From contig OY970178.1 in assembly GCA_963707915.1 (NCBI GenBank), forward strand, positions 2,048,001 to 2,112,000: DNA of 64,000 nucleotides. Direction: 5' to 3'. Within the stretch, counting starts at the first letter, position 1. Each line of letters starts with the position of its first letter. The stretch comes from Candidatus Eiseniibacteriota bacterium. Its GTDB lineage: Bacteria; Eisenbacteria; RBG-16-71-46. The notes below the pieces were generated by a model. That model was not told where the DNA came from. It saw nothing but the letters and a program-made list of their open reading frames with translations, and did not search any database. The position numbers were made by a program, and so were the translations under genes. Positions 59,854 through 64,000 of the stretch are shown one piece after another.

Positions 59854-60615
59854 TCAAGCTCCTTGCGGTCCGGTCTCCGGAGACCCGGGCGGCCGGCGGT
59901 AGGCGAGGTGCGACAGGTAGCCCGCGTGCAGGTCCATCAGCGCGTGGATGAGCATGCCGGCGAACAGCGAGCGCGTGATCCAGTAGACCGCGGCGAGGAA
60001 TGCCCCGACCGCCGCGGTGAGCAGGACGCCGCGGACGCCCTGGTAGGCGTGCCCCACGCCGAAGAGCAGCGACGAGACGATCACCGCGACCAGGAACGAC
60101 TGGTGGGGCGCGAAGAGCCAGGCCCAGGCCACCAGGTACCAGACCAGGTAGCCGCGGTAGAGGATCTCCTCGCAGACGCCCGCGGTCCCGGCCAGCGCGA
60201 AGAACCACGAGCGCTCCCGTTCCGTCGTGGGCAGCATGCGCTCGAGGTGCCGCGTGCGCTGGCGCACGTGCTCGAGCGCGGCGTCGTCCGCCGGCTTGAG
60301 GTAGCCCTGCCGCACCAGGACGGCCACGATGACGGCGATCCCCGCGGCCACTCCCAGCAGCCCCCCGCCGAGACGCGGCACGAGGCCGAGGCTGGTCCAC
60401 GAGCGGTGGGTCGCGAGCCACAGGGCGACGACCAGCGCGACGGACGTCCACTGCAGCAGCATCGCGCGGCGGTAGACGGCGAGCTTCACGCGGGGCAGCT
60501 CCGCCTCCGACGCGCGCCGGAGCGCGCGGAGGCCGAACGTCGCCGCCCGCACCGGGAACGCCACGGCGAGGACCAGGAAGAGCAGGTGGTCGGGCCAGCC
60601 GAGGGGCGCGGGCAT
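59854..60615 (-). CDS. CPBP (CAAX/Abi) intramembrane metalloprotease
   Basis: EEILYRG, FGVGH and HALMD motifs. Confidence 0.9.
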   Translation of the reverse strand: MPAPLGWPDHLLFLVLAVAFPVRAATFGLRALRRASEAELPRVKLAVYRRAMLLQWTSVALVVALWLATHRSWTSLGLVPRLGGGLLGVAAGIAVIVAVLVRQGYLKPADDAALEHVRQRTRHLERMLPTTERERSWFFALAGTAGVCEEILYRGYLVWYLVAWAWLFAPHQSFLVAVIVSSLLFGVGHAYQGVRGVLLTAAVGAFLAAVYWITRSLFAGMLIHALMDLHAGYLSHLAYRRPPGSPETGPQGA

Positions 60616-60619
60616 GGGC

Positions 60620-61276
60620 TCAGCCCCGTCCCTTCGCCTGCCCGCCGCCGCGCCGGGACCCGGGCGTCCTCGCCGGCGCCCGCACCTCGCGGTGGCGGAA
60701 GCAGGTGACCAGGTGATCGTTCACCATCCCCGCCGCCTGCATCAGGGCGTAGACGATGGTCGAGCCGACGAACTTGAACCCGCGCCGCTTCAACTCCGCG
60801 CTCACCGCGTCCGAGAGCGCCGTGCGGGCCGGGATCTGCCGGACGGTCCGGCGGCGGTTCTGGACCGGGCACCCCCCGGTGAGGCCCCAGATGAAGCGGT
60901 CGAAGCTCCCGAACTCCCGCTGCACTTCGAGGAAGGCGCGCGCGTTGGTCACGGCGGAGGCGACCTTGAGCCGGTTGCGCACGATGCCCGGGTCGCGCAT
61001 CAGGGCGCGCAGCTTGCGCGCGTCGTAGCGCGCCACCTTGCGGGGATCGAACCGGTCGAACGCGCGCCGGTAGCCGGCGCGCTTCTCGAGGATGGTGCGC
61101 CACGAGAGCCCGGCCTGCGCGCCGTCCAGCACCAGCATCTCGAACCAGCGCCGGTCCACGTGCACCGGCACGCCCCACTCGCGGTCGTGGTACGCGCGGT
61201 AGAGCGGCGTGCTCTCACACCAGGGACAGCGCCGGCGGGACCCGCCGCGCGCCGCCGCCCGCCGGCTGCGGGGCAT
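60620..61276 (-). CDS. tag: DNA-3-methyladenine glycosylase I
   Basis: RCPW..YHDREWG, QAGLSW, IVRNRLK, GFKFVG and VNDH motifs; start could be 61324. Confidence 0.93.
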   Translation of the reverse strand: MPRSRRAAARGGSRRRCPWCESTPLYRAYHDREWGVPVHVDRRWFEMLVLDGAQAGLSWRTILEKRAGYRRAFDRFDPRKVARYDARKLRALMRDPGIVRNRLKVASAVTNARAFLEVQREFGSFDRFIWGLTGGCPVQNRRRTVRQIPARTALSDAVSAELKRRGFKFVGSTIVYALMQAAGMVNDHLVTCFRHREVRAPARTPGSRRGGGQAKGRG

Positions 61277-61435
61277 CGCGACCGGGGACTCCGGCGGCCG
61301 GGCATTCCCGAGGACCCGTCTCATCGCGGCGGATACTAGCAGAGGCGCGGGCCGGCGGCGCGTATCGCGCGACGGCTCGCGGAACGGTCCCGGGCGGGCG
61401 GGGAGCCCGCCCGGGATCCGGCGCCCGCCGCTTCC

Positions 61436-63685
<2,250 letters not shown>

Positions 63686-63906
63686 GACCGGTCCTCCTGG
63701 CTCTGACCGCGGCGAGCCCGGGGCCCGGCGCGATCGGTTCGGAACATGGACCTCGCCGAGAGCACGGCCCGCGGGAAGCCCGTTGGACGAGGGAAGTCTA
63801 GCACCAGGGAGGGGTATCGGCACGAGGGGCCGGCACCTTGCCCGGGAATCGCGGGGCGCCCGTGGCCGTCGCCCCGCCCGCAGGCCGGCCCGGGACCGGC
63901 AGATAC

Positions 63907-63937
63907 GGCGGCCGCGCCCCCGGGGGACGCGGCCGCC
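63907..63937 (-). terminator. Hairpin downstream of the partial edge gene
   Basis: GGCGGCCGCGCCCCC/GGGGGACGCGGCCGCC inverted repeat. Confidence 0.45.
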
Positions 63938-63959
63938 ACCTCCCGGCCTGGAGGAGGTC

Positions 63960-64000
63960 CTACTTCGCCGCCGCCTGGAGCACGTCCATCCCCTGCTTGA
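63960..64000 (-). CDS. 3' end of a gene entering from the right edge (...KQGMDVLQAAAK*)
   Basis: GC3-rich codons ending in TAG, followed by a hairpin. Confidence 0.45.
   Translation of the reverse strand, partial: KQGMDVLQAAAK

Noticed and set aside
63686..63900. Riboswitch or sigma-54 promoter upstream of the glutamine synthetase
   Set aside because: No correctly spaced GG-N10-GC in a TGGCAC/TTGC context and no recognisable glnA-motif structure by eye.

Overview
A high-GC (roughly 70%+ by eye) bacterial chromosomal window. Two secreted proteins with a FlgD/T9SS-type-A-like C-terminal sorting domain suggest an FCB-associated lineage such as Ca. Eisenbacteria (inference only). The core content is: a GT4 glycosyltransferase; lemA with two GIDE-like genes; SDR and NUDIX genes; an apbE-rnfCDGEAB operon divergent from a ferredoxin plus 2-oxoacid:ferredoxin oxidoreductase operon; a suf operon (merR-sufCBDSU-Rieske/DUF59-MFS) with two apparent +1 frameshifts; an M64 peptidase; a xanthine-dehydrogenase-family triad; oppABC; an atypical LuxR regulator; tag; and a type III glutamine synthetase. 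The main accessory feature is a lower-GC ~11.5 kb island (33261-45200) bounded by ~423-bp direct repeats that duplicate the upstream region and 5' end of a DUF4440 gene. It encodes a sorting-domain surface protein, a ~2367-aa teneurin-like YD/Rhs polymorphic toxin split by an intact IS3 element, and a candidate immunity gene. Other notable items are a four-Cys MerR regulator with a 19-bp-spacer dyad promoter heading the suf operon, an RnfA with a fused secreted Ig-like domain, a pseudo-receiver LuxR protein with a Cys-bearing insert, and dispersed hairpins with conserved loops but unrelated stems, three of which are translated as the C-terminal tail of OppA.
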